A stretch of 64,000 nt of DNA from Eledone cirrhosa (Eukaryota), in contig OZ024740.1 of NCBI GenBank assembly GCA_964016885.1, positions 74,648,001 through 74,712,000 of the forward strand, in the 5' to 3' direction. Of the stretch, positions 1 to 12,700 are shown piece by piece (position 1 is the first letter of the stretch; the number at the start of each line of letters is the position of its first letter). The notes under the pieces were generated by a model. That model saw only the letters and a program-made list of their open reading frames with translations. It had not been told where the DNA came from and did no database searches. A program made the translations under genes and the position numbers.

Positions 1-631
1 CATTTAAATAACCTTTCCTCAACTTCTACAGTTGTATATATTAAGTGCAATAATCTCTAATCTCTTTTATCATATTTACCTATCTAATTTGGAAGTTACA
101 GTGAATTGACAGAGTTAATAGTGCATCAGACAAAATGCCTAGCTGTATTTGTTCCAGCTCTCTTTATTTTATCAACCTCTTCCAGGGTTGATAAAATAAA
201 GTACCAATCCATGGTAGCTGATTGGTGGAATTGTTAGAGCATCAAATGAGATCTCTTACAGTATTTGTCTTGGCTCTTTGAGTTTTGTGTTCAAATCTTG
301 TTGCAGCCACCTTTAATAGAATTAATATGTAACCTAGTTTAACACCATAACATAGTCCTTAGGTGCATCTAGTCAAATCCAACCTGTTGCAAGCATTCAG
401 ACTGGGCCTCGGGTTTGAGGACACCTTCCTATGTCCTACCAATCTCAGACACTCTAAAAGGGTCATGGGCAATGCTTTTCTCTCCTTTCCTGATTAAACA
501 GTGAAAAAAAAAAAAGCTCTGAGCACAGTTCTTTCCCCTTGAAAACAAAAAGAATCCCAGAAAATAATGAAATGATGTATTAGAAAGAGATAATATAAAG
601 ATAAAGTAACACATTTATTCTAAATACTTAC

Positions 632-715
632 TAAGTGGGCAAATCCTGGAGCCTTAATCTTACATCTATAAGGTTTGTTGGTACCATCTGATACAAGGTA
701 AACTCCAAATTCACC
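632..715 (-). CDS. NDUFS2: NDUFS2 coding exon 12
   Basis: [28 protein letters not shown]; ctatag / gtaagt. Confidence 0.98.
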
Positions 716-3700
716 CTATAGAATAAAAAGAAAAATGAAACTAAGTAATGAAGTAAATTTCAAACAGCTTAAGGGTCTTCACCCTATTTTATAAGCTATC
801 TTTATAGCATTACTGCACTTGAGCCATTCTTTATACTTATATATATACAGGGTGTGGACGATATGTGTTTGCAAGATTACTGTCTAGGAAAAAATAACAC
901 AGTAGTTTTATTTTTTAAGATTTATTTATCAAACTTGGGTCAGTTTGTCTTCATGACTTGTTCTTTCGATCTCACTCGATAAACCCGCCATTGGCTTTGA
1001 TGACGACCTCGGAACCGGCTACAGGCCTTCGTCACTGTCCCCCGACTTAGGCCCCTAAAGGCATTTGTGATCCTGGCCTTTAGATCGTCTTTCGTATTGC
1101 AGCTAGATCTGTTGGTGTCTCGTTCCACTGCGCCGCCCCACACAAAGAAGTCGAGGGGGTTGCAGTCAGGTGAAGTGTGGTCGACGAAGTTCTCTGACAG
1201 CCAGGCTTGGGTCTTTCGGCTGGTATGGCAGGGTGCTGAGTCTTGCTGCCACGCGTACGGCCTAGCTGCAGCTACCTGGTCGATCCAGAGCCTTACAACC
1301 TCGCTCAGAACGCGGATGTAGCCATCAGTGTTCAGCTTGAGGCCCTCAGGGAAGAAGTGAGGTGGCATGACGTCACCTTGACTGCTGATGACACCTAAGA
1401 CCAATGTTGTCGCTGGAAACTTTGTCTGCATGACTCTGGGCATGTCTTTGGATGAGACAGCGAGCCACCTGTTGTTCTGGGAGTTGATCTTCTGGTCATA
1501 TTTGTCCTCCCGGCACGGATTCCAAGAAGAACTCTGAGTCTCTTCCATAAATTTGGAGGTCCAAAATTATTAATAATCAATTATTCTGAAAATAAATAAT
1601 GGAAATATAGTCACTGTTTTTATGAAGACAAGAGTGACAACGGAAGTAAAAAAAATTTGCATAAAATTAGCAGTTGAAAATTGCGAAGAAATATCGTCCG
1701 CACCCTGTATATATATGTATATATATCATCATCATTTTACATCCGCTCTTCCCTGCTTGTAAGGGTGAGATGGGTCTTATTCAGCACAGCATCTCTCCAC
1801 TCGTCACGGTCCTTCGTCATCTCCACCGTGAGCTTCAACAATCTGAGGTCTGTTCTCACCACCTCCGCCCATGTTTTTCGTGGTCTACCTCTACCACGTC
1901 TTCCTTCAACTGGCATTTCCTGGCACTTCTTCACCCATCGGTCATCCTCCATGCGCATCACATGTCCATACCACCTCAGTCTCCTCTCCCGTACACTACA
2001 TTTTATCCCTCACAGACACAGTTTCTCTTTCAACACATTCATGCTGGGTTGTTCACGCACATCCAACGGAGCATGCTTGCCTCATTTCTCTCCAGCCGTC
2101 ACATATCCTCTGCAGTTGCTGCCCATGTCTCACTACCATGCAGCATCGCGTTCCTCACACAGGCATCATATAACCAGCCTTTCGTACGCAGGGAGAAACC
2201 CTTCTTCGTCAGCAGAGGAAGCAGCTCCCTAAACTTCTTCCAACCCGTCCTTATTCTAGATATTATGGCCTCCGAACACCCCCCTCCCATGCTAATTGAT
2301 CTCCTAGGTACCGGAAGCTATCCACCACTTCTATAGCACCCTCCTGCATTTGAAAAATGTGTCTATCAATGCAACTTCTTCTGTCTAATTTCCCTGCATA
2401 CATAGTTCTCCCTACCTGTTAGTTTGCCTGCTATCCCACTACATCTCTTGTGTACCCAGGATCTACATTGTGTGCATTTTATAGAATTTATGCCAGTTCC
2501 TTTTCTGCATATCGAACATGGCCATTTCCCTGACAGAATCAGAGTTTTGTCCTCTTTTCTACTCATCAACACTTTTGTCTTAGCTAGGTTCACTCTCAGT
2601 CCTCTTGCTTCCAACTGCTGTTTCCATAGCCAGAATTTATTCTACTGATTCTGCTATAAGAACCAGATCGTCAGCATAGAGAAGTTCCCATGGACAGCCA
2701 GTCTTAAACTCCTCTGTTATGGCTTGGAGGACTATAATGAACAAGAGCGGGCTGGGGACCGAACCTTGATGTACTCCTACTTGTATCTGGAATTCCTCAC
2801 TAAACTCCATTCCTACCCTGACTTTACTGAGAGTACCTCTACAAAGTTTGCACTATCCTCACAAGCCATTCCTCAACACCTAGTTTCTTTGGGACCACCA
2901 GATGACAGATCGGGGTGCCCTATCAAAGGCCTTCTCTAGGTCAACAAAGGCTAAGTATAGTAGTTTATTGTTCTCTAAGAACCTCTCTTGCAATTGTCTC
3001 ACCAAGAAGAGGGCATCTGTTGTACTCTTCCCAGGCACAAAACCAAACTGCATCTCATCTAGTTTGACCCTTTCTCTAATTAGTTGTGCTAATATCCTTT
3101 CTGCTACTTTCATAACCTGATCCATCAGTTTTATACCCTTATAATTGCTCCTCTCCAGAGCATCTCCCTTACCTTTGTAGCAATTTATAAGAATACTGCT
3201 GCTCCAGTCTTTGGGTATGACACCACCATATATAGCCTGATTGATGATGCGTGCAACCAGTTTAGTGCCTACGTCCCCTGATGCCTTCAGCATCTCAGCA
3301 ACTATTCCGATGGTCCAGCAGCCTTACCATATTTCATTTCCTTAATCGCCTCTTGGACCCTATATTCGTCAATCTCAATAGCTGGTCCCTCTGTCGGATC
3401 TACTAAGGGTAATTTCTCTCTCTCCCATTCATTCTCCACATTCATCAGTCTCTCATAATGACATTTCCAGGCCTCCTTTTTCTGATCATTCGTGACACTA
3501 AGTACACCGGCATCATTCCGGACACATTTATCTCCAACAACATCCTGATTTGCATTGACACACTGCCTTGCAATGTGGAACACCGCACGCCTCTGATCTT
3601 CCCGTCGCAGAACATTGGCAAACCTCCTACTCTCAGCCTCCCTGCGTGCTAAGTACACCTGACGTCTAGCTTCTCTCTTAGCGGCTGTATATTCTTCCCT

Positions 3701-6700
3701 ACTCCCACCCTTTTTCCAAGCCTTCCATGCTAGTCTTTTGTCTCTAATGGCCTTATCTACTGTGCTGTTTCACCACCAGGTCATTCTCTGTCTTGTTGGA
3801 GCTCTGCTCCAGACACAAGTTTCATCAGTAGCCTGCAGTAAGTTGTCACGTAAGAAATTCCAGTTATTGTCTGTCATGCGTCTCTAAATCGTCTTCTTTT
3901 TCGACATATACATCTTGAAGGGCTTTCCTAAATTTGTATTTTAGTGAAAGGTCTTTTAGCTTCCTGACCTTTCTTCTCCACACCTTCCTGTATGTCTCAT
4001 TGCATCTCTTGCTTACTGAGATATCACTAACGACTAACCTATGCTGTGGGGTACATTCTTCCCCAAGGTATGCCTTGGTATTAGACACTATTTGCCTGTC
4101 CCGCTGCCTAACTAGTAAGAAGTCAATCTGGCTTATGTGCTCACCAGATTTGTAGGTTATTAGGTGATTGGCAGGTTTCTGGAAGTTTGTGTTGCAAATA
4201 GTCAGTGTACTTATATATCATCATCATCATCATCAGGTTTAGCGTCCGTGTTCCACGCTTGCATGGGTTTGGACGGGGGTTTTCCCACTTGAGGCAAGAG
4301 TGGTTGTCTTGCTCGCATAGGACTGTCTGGCGGGTTTTCTACAGTTGGATGCCCTTCCTAACACCAACCACATTTACAGTGTGGGGCTGGGAGGTTTTTA
4401 CCGTGTTGCCTACACGGCCACATTTACAGCGTGGACTGTCTGGCGGGTTTTCTACAGCTGGATGCCCTTCCTAACACCAACCACATTTACAGTGTGGGGC
4501 TGGGAGGTTTTTACCGTGTTGCCTACACGGCCACATTTACAGCGTGGACTGTGTGTTTTTTGTCGTGACACCTACATATATATAAACCTAACAAATAGTT
4601 TTATCGCTCTTCATGGCTGAATACAAAAAATGTAAATCTGAGTTTTTCAAATATTAATAATAATTGTTTCTACTTTTTGGCACAAGGCCAGCAATTATCC
4701 AGTGCATTACTGGTACTTTATTTTATCGACCCCGTAAGGATGAAAGGCAAAGTTAACCTAATATTCGATTTGTTTCCAAACAGCCTCTTAAAACATGTGA
4801 GTAGAATGACTTTGTCATTCTTGCTCATATGTTGGCATATAAACATATGTATATATTTTCACTGTAAAGTGGACATATAAAAGACACGGCAAAAAGCACC
4901 CAGCCCACACTGTCAATGTGGTTGGCGTTAGGAAGGGCATCCAACTGTAGAAAACCACCCAGAAACATTACATTTATTTATATATATGAGTGAGACACGA
5001 TCACTCGAGATAACTTGCCTCAGAATGGGACCCGTCTAACCCATGGTAATGTGGAAGATGGACGTTAATCAATGATGATGATGATTCTCAGTGCTTAAAA
5101 GTTGAAAATTTGGCTTAGTACATTGTTCAAACAGCTTAATTTTATTACTTTCTAAATAATCAATTATTCATGTCATCCAAAATATTACAAACTTCAAAGA
5201 AGAAATACAGTTCAAGCAGGCACCTTCTGCAAGAGTTTACTATTACAGTGTCAGGTTGATCATGCCTTGTGAGTGAAATTTGGATGGAAACTGAAGTCCA
5301 TTACATACTTTCGGGTCTCGAATAATGCCCCTCCCCCTTATTATTTAATCAGATTTTTTCCAACCCCTTCATTTATTAAATTTTGCTATCAGAATTCTAT
5401 TTTAAGTGGTAGCATTCCTGTGACATTTAACTTTCTTTATACATTAAAAAAACATTATACATGACAAAAAAGGAACATTACTAGAAATCCCATACATTAT
5501 AAAATAAATAGGATGGGTGGGGGTCTCAATATGTAAACCAAACGACTAATTCTTGTTTTAAAAAAATCAATGGAGACAACCAAGAAAAATTACTGATTTT
5601 CCATCCCACCCCCATTTATTCCAACTGCCCCCTATTATTTAGGACATTCTAGTCTAACCAATTTACTGCAGGAATATACTATGAGAAGATCTAATAAGAT
5701 TTAAACATGTCCAATGCTTTCACCAAGTTGACCTCTAAACAAGGTCAACCCCCATTTCATTGTCTTACATTGTTCCAAAAGACTTTGATAAGCCAGGGCT
5801 AGAGGAGTTCTCTCCTTTGCTTACATTTAATTATTTGAACACCTCTAAAGGGTGTTTCAGTCATGAAATTGCAAGGATAATTTCGGTTGATTGAAGCTTT
5901 TTCCCCATCCACCATATTCAGCAGAATAAATACCATACTTGAAAAGGAAGAACATTCAACTGTAACAGGAAAAGCAGATGGAAAAATGATGATTATGATG
6001 ATGAAGATAATATTGATTAATTACCAACCTTTGGTGCTTCCACAGCAGTGTATGTACTACCAGGGGGTACATTATAACCTTCTGTGTACAACTTGAAATG
6101 ATGAATCAATGATTCCATGGAAGACTGTAAAAAACACAATATTTTATATGAAACAATCAAACTTATTTTAACCTTTTTATTTCAATATTTCTCAAAGACA
6201 CTGCCTATAATTTTCAAATAATTTTGAAAATAATCAAGAATTTGAACAGATCTAGAAATATAACCAACTTTTTCATTATTAAGCTGTTGTAAAGAACAAT
6301 TTAACAAATGGTCTTACATAAAACTACGATGGAAGGCTTTGAGATAGATATAAATACTTTGAAACCAAGAATTTTGTATAATAGGACCAGGAGCAGTTTG
6401 GTAACAAAAGGGTCACAGTGAAATAAATGTAATATTAATAAGAACAACTGCAGAAGTAAAAACAACCAAATGTAAGAAAACAATTTCATACAGAAACTAA
6501 TGTTCAAAAAAAGCTTTTTCTCTTCTAAAGGACAAAAATAATAGCTAAAATTTCAGAATGAGAGTTAAATTGAACTTTGTCTGTCAAATGAGTGAATTTT
6601 GGTAGATAGAAACTGTACAGAAGCTCAGTGTACAGATGTGTATTTCTGCATCAAACAAAAACACCTGGTAGCATTTAGGTATTGAGTTACGTTCTTCTAC

Positions 6701-9700
6701 TCAAGCCAAGATTTAACAGTTTGTTAAATATTCATCAATAAAACAAGTAACAAGCAGGAAGTATTTTGTTCAGATAATGAGTTGATTGTAAACAAAGGAA
6801 ACCTCACTGAAGCATAATTACATCTAAAAAGCTTGTTTAATTTTTAACATTCTGTAATGATTTAGCAGAACATGAAAATATCTAAAAATGAGTTTGTTAA
6901 TTCACAAGTTTATAGTATAATGACTAGTGGATAGATTGTTGAGAAATTTTGTTGTATTGGAATAAAGTCTTTAAATTTTAATGTGATGCAATTATAGTGT
7001 TTTACATTTTTCAAGAATGTCTTGCTCATGTTGTTTAATGTGGCACAGGACATAAATAGTTAAACAAGTCTATTTTATGAAATTTACTATGTTAACAAAA
7101 TGTGGTTAAAGTCTGTTCCAAACCTCAAGGCCCATCAGGCCCTAGCGTATCCTAGTTCCATTGATAGTGCAAGATTTTCCTTTGGACAGGGCACCAGTCC
7201 ACCATTTGAGCTAACTCTCAGTTACTGCTGGTACTGATTTTCTGCTGAGTTGACTGGAGTAATGTGAAATGAAGTGTTTTGCTCAAGAACACAACGTGCC
7301 ACCCAGTCCAGGAACCAAACCCTTGACATTATGATTGTAAGCCCAACACCCTAACCACTAGGCAGCATGCCTTTAGTCATGGTATGTTGTAATTTGTATA
7401 ATCTGTTATGTCTTCTAACCATGATCCAGATGTAAAATCTGGCTTTTTTGTTTGATTGCTTATGGTGTTCAGTTTCTTTCCACAGACATGTTAACATCAA
7501 CAGAGGGAATGAAGGCACCACAGGTTTTGCCATGCTTTTGAAGCTTTCAGCCTGTCAGTCTCTTTTATGTGTTAAAACTATGCTATCACTACTTAAAATG
7601 ACTTACTGAGATCAAATAAACAGACTGAATGAAATGTAGTATTTTTGACAACTACAAACAAATAATTGTTTCTACTTTTGGCACAAGGCCAGCAATTACT
7701 CAGTAGATTACTGGTACTTTATTTTATGGACCCCGCAAGGAGGAAAGGCAAAGTTAACCTGGACGGGATTTTAACTCTGACCGTAAAGGGACGTAACTAT
7801 GCTAGAAAACATGGCGTCCGACCCTCTACCGATACTGCCAGTTCACTACAAACAAATAATGTGATTATCACACCAGTGTTGATAACACCTCTTTGAAAGA
7901 ACTTTTTTGCATGTTCTTCAGTAATTCAAATTTGTTTGAGTTACAGACAGTATGGCCAATTAAATATTCAAATAACCTTCAGATCTTGTTTGGATAATCT
8001 GAAATTTAGATTACTGATGTTCGGACAGTTGAAGTTGATAACAAATCTGCTATATAATATCATTTGTAAATCATTACAAAGCCCAAAGTATAAGAAACAA
8101 CTTACTTTCATTTCACTTCTCTTAGGCGGGCAGATCTTCTGGTCATCTATTTTTATTTCACCTGGAGGCATTTTATTTAGACACTGGTGGATAATATGCA
8201 AACTCTGTCTCATTTCTTCCATTCGGATCAGATACCTGAAAACACAGAAATATAAATTTTCCAAATCTTACATTTTTTATACATAAATCTGATTTAAAAA
8301 CAATATATAAGTTTTATATTTTTGAAAATGCATTTCAATTTTTTTCTTCTATGCTGATGCTCAGATATAAGAGCCTTTATATACAGTAATTTATTTCTTT
8401 TTGATAAATTTTACACCCTCATTGACACCACTACCATCATCATAGTTTTATGTTTGCTTTTCATGTTGGCATGAGGAGGATGGGTCACTATGATCTGAGT
8501 CAGTTTCTATTTTGTGCATATTTTGGCACTAGCAATAGGGAAATTGTCGTCTTTAACAGGACTAAAGGGACCTTTATGTTTTGTAAACAATAGAGTTTGT
8601 TATAGGGGTCAATGAGTGGACCATTTACTGGTTCACTATGTTTCTGATGGTGAAAGTGATAAGGATAAACACCACAAGATATTTTTGTTTGAACACGAGA
8701 CAAAACTGTGAGAATGACCTAAAAATAATTGTAGCTCATGAAAGATATAACACAGGACTGACAGACTGGTGAAATATCATAATATAAAAAACCATCCACC
8801 AGTACAAACACTGTGACAATAAAAGTAAATATGATGAGAGACCAGAGGCTACAGTGTTTGGTGATTGAAGAGAGAATATAGTCTAATCTAAGAGGACTCT
8901 TCAATCGGGACGATTATATGATAACATCTCTAGCATTGGTGCCATGATAAAACACACCCAGTTTAGCCTGTAAAGTGGCAGTGCTGCTGTTATGATAAAA
9001 TGCATTCAGTCCACTCTATAAAGTGGTAGTGCTGGTGCTGCAAACAAAATATGCACCCTGTAAGGTGGTCGGTGTTAGGAAAGGCATTCAGCCATAGAAA
9101 CGATGCAAATATGGGATGTATGAATGAAAAGATGTCAAAGAAACCCATGCAAACATGAAAAGTGGACGCAAAAACGATGATAGTGATAATAGTTTATGGG
9201 TGTTCTTGCTGGTTTGTACATATATTAAAAGTATTTTAGCATCATTATACTATAATACATCACTCTTCTCATTGCTAAGGACACAACAATCACTCTAGTG
9301 TTGGTGGCTTGATAAAATGAACCTAGTATACTCTGTAATGTGGTAGTGTTGGTGCTATGATAAAATGCCTCGGTATACTTCGTAAAGTGGTAATGTTGGT
9401 GCCATGATAAATGCACTTAGTACATTCTGTAAAGTTGTTGGCATAAGGAACAACATCTAGCCATAAAAAACATGCCAAAACAGAACATATGAACATGATA
9501 TGATTCTCTGACCTGTCTAGTAACAGAACAGACCATAACCTGACCAAATATGTTGATGATGACGTATAATATATATATATAATGAAAGTAGAAGTTCAAT
9601 GTTGATTTTGGCATTGCTGTTTGTATTTTCTCTCACATCTGAGGAGTTAGGAAAAACAACCACAAGAATATGTCAAAAGGATACCCATAGACCTTGTCTT

Positions 9701-12700
9701 TGGCAGTAAAACAAAGAAACCCTTTCTTACCAAGCAAATCAACAGCAACTTGATTTCTTTTGTTTTTAATCAAGCCACTATGCTTTCATTATAGGCCACC
9801 TCCAGCACCAATGTTATAGAAACTATCAATTTTCAAATGGTCTAAGCAATTCATATGTGCCATTGCTAGCTACATTACATCAAGTCCATCTGAACACCTT
9901 CTTCTCTGTTAGTGTGTCAGAGATCCCACTGTAGCTTTTGTATATCCATCATTTGCTTATAGTACACAATATTGAATTCCTTTTTGGGGTATCATGTAAA
10001 TGGCATCTCACAGATTACAGGAAAATATAGCAAGACACTAGACTTATTCAACCCAAAATACCAGCATTGAAAACAAAGAACTAAATGTTGACAATCAAGA
10101 TATATGAGCGTTATCTACAAAAAAAAAGGCAAATTAATCATTGTCATCATTGTTTTTAGATCAATTTTTCTATACTGGCATGGGTTAAATAGAACATTTT
10201 GAGGCAATGTTTTACAACCTTTTTAATAGCTGTTACAACATGTAGCAATACAATGTACTTATTCACATGGATCTTTAATATCTTGACAACATGTAGGTGT
10301 ACTAGGTTATGATGGATACTCAGTCAGTTTTGTTCAACTGATCATTTGTTCAAAAATCTAAATGCACTATTTGTTAAATTAACTTGTATGTGGCTGAGTA
10401 TTCCCATAACATAATGTGACAAGGCTGAATGTTTGAATTACAAACCCAATCAATCTGACAGGATTCCATGCAGTTCTCCAGTTTCACCCACAGGTTTTGA
10501 ATTGGCCTGAGGGCATGGTGTAAGACACTTATTGAATCCAGAACCTCATGATTGTGAAGCAGATTTCTTAATAACTCAGCCATGCTTATACTCAGTAGTT
10601 CATATAGTATAGTATGGACCTGTAACTCCTGAGGGGCATGCTGTATTGACATACATCGTTTCTTAAGGCATTTTAAAACCTGGTCGAACCTATCCCTCTC
10701 CAGGCCTAATTCATGTAATCATGATAAATATAGTAATAGACTGCACAATAGGGAATAAATACACTAGAAAAGTATTTTACCTGTCATAACAATCTCCTTT
10801 ACGACCAATTGGGATCTCAAAATCTACTTTGTCATATGCATCATATGGTTGTACTTTACGTAAATCCCATTTGATTCCTGATCCACGCAGCATTACTCCA
10901 CTGAAGAATAAAAGAAATAAGAAAACTACATGAATTATGAATGGATATGCATTACACACACAAACACAATAAGTAACTATGAACGACTTTAATCTCACCC
11001 AAGTATCTTAAACATGAATTGTAGGATCAACCAGTTATGTTAAACATTAATGACATATGCAGTAAATTAGCGGAGTTGTTAAAACGTGGGACAAAATACC
11101 CTGCTATTATCATCATCATCATTATCACCGTTTAACGTCCATGGGAGATGTATTGGAATGGAGTGGTACATACTATATATATGCTACAGCTTCAGCCTGT
11201 GCCCGTGGGATTTGTTTTCTGCATTACTGCGTAATGCCAGAGATCTCGGACCTGTGTCATTGCCTTTGAGAGGTGTAATTGGGCAAGGTCAACTTTTATC
11301 ACCTCGTCCCAAGTTTTCCTGGGTCTCCCCACTCCAAGACTTCCATTGACTTTGAGCGCTCTACACCTTTTTATGCAGTTGTCATCCTTCATATGCATCA
11401 CATATCCAAACCAACACAATCTCCTCTCATGCACACTGCATGATTCCTCTTATGCCTAGTTTCTCTCACAGTTTGTTTATGCTTTGCTGTTCATGTATAT
11501 TACTATTAGAAGCTTCATTTCTTTCCAATCTATGCAAGACTTCTGCTATATTTATTATAATTCTCAGCTGAGGTTAATTTTGCCTTTCATCTTTTAAAAT
11601 AAAGTAGTAGTTGAGGGCGGTGGATTGGCAGAATTGTTAGGCAGTGAAAAAAATGCCTTTCAAATCCTGCAGTGGTGAAATAATTTGCAAATGACACACA
11701 CACATGAATGCATTAAAATATAATGCATGACTACAAAAGTACAATGTTCTTGACACTATCAAGCAAGAATTTCATATTTTTCACATTTATTAATAAAATA
11801 CTATTAAGTGGAAATATATTACAGCAACTCTGTGAATAAGCCAGTGAATATTAAAACAAAAGAATGTTTTTCAATCTAGATTTGATTCTGATATATATCA
11901 CATAAAAAGAGGTTACAGAAGAGGAAGACTGAGGAAAACCTGAGCAAAGATGGTGAGAGATGATCCCACAGTTGTTGTTTTAAACCTGAGCAGGTGTGGG
12001 TGAGATGATCTTACAGTTGTTGTTTTAAACATGAGCAGATATGGTGAGAGATGATCTTACAGTTGTTGTTTTAAACCTGAGCAGATGTAGTGAGAGATGA
12101 TCTTACAGTTCTTGTTTTAAACCTGAGCAGGTGTAGTGAGAGATGATCTTACAGTTGTTGTTCTAAACCTGAGCAGATGTGGTGAGAGATGATCTTACAG
12201 TTGTTTTAAACCTGAGCAGATATGGTGAGAGATGATCTTACAGTTGTTGTTTTAAACCTGAGCAGGTGTAGTGAGAGATGATCTTACAGTTGTTGTTCTA
12301 AACCTGAGCAGATGTGGTGAGAGATGATCTTACAGTTGTTTTAAACCTGAGCAGATATGGTGAGAGATGATCTTACAGTTGTTGTTTTAAACCTGAGCAG
12401 GTGTAGTGAGAGATGATCTTACAGTTGTTGTTCTAAACCTGAGCAGATGTGGTGAGAGATGATCTTACAGTTGTTTTAAACCTGAGCAGATATGGTGAGA
12501 GATGATCTTACAGTTGTTGTTCTAAACCTGAGCAGATGTGGTGAGAGATGATCTTACAGTTGTTGTTTTAAACCTGAGCAGATGTGGTGAGAGATGATCT
12601 TACAGTTGTTGTTTTAAACCTGAGCAGATGTGGTGAGAGATGATCTTACAGTTGTTGTTCTAAACCTGAGCAGATGTAGTGAGAGATGATCTTACAGTTG

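Noticed and set aside
1674-2336. 220-aa and 183-aa plus-strand ORFs (likewise 54495-55220)
   Set aside because: Antisense shadows of RTE ORF2
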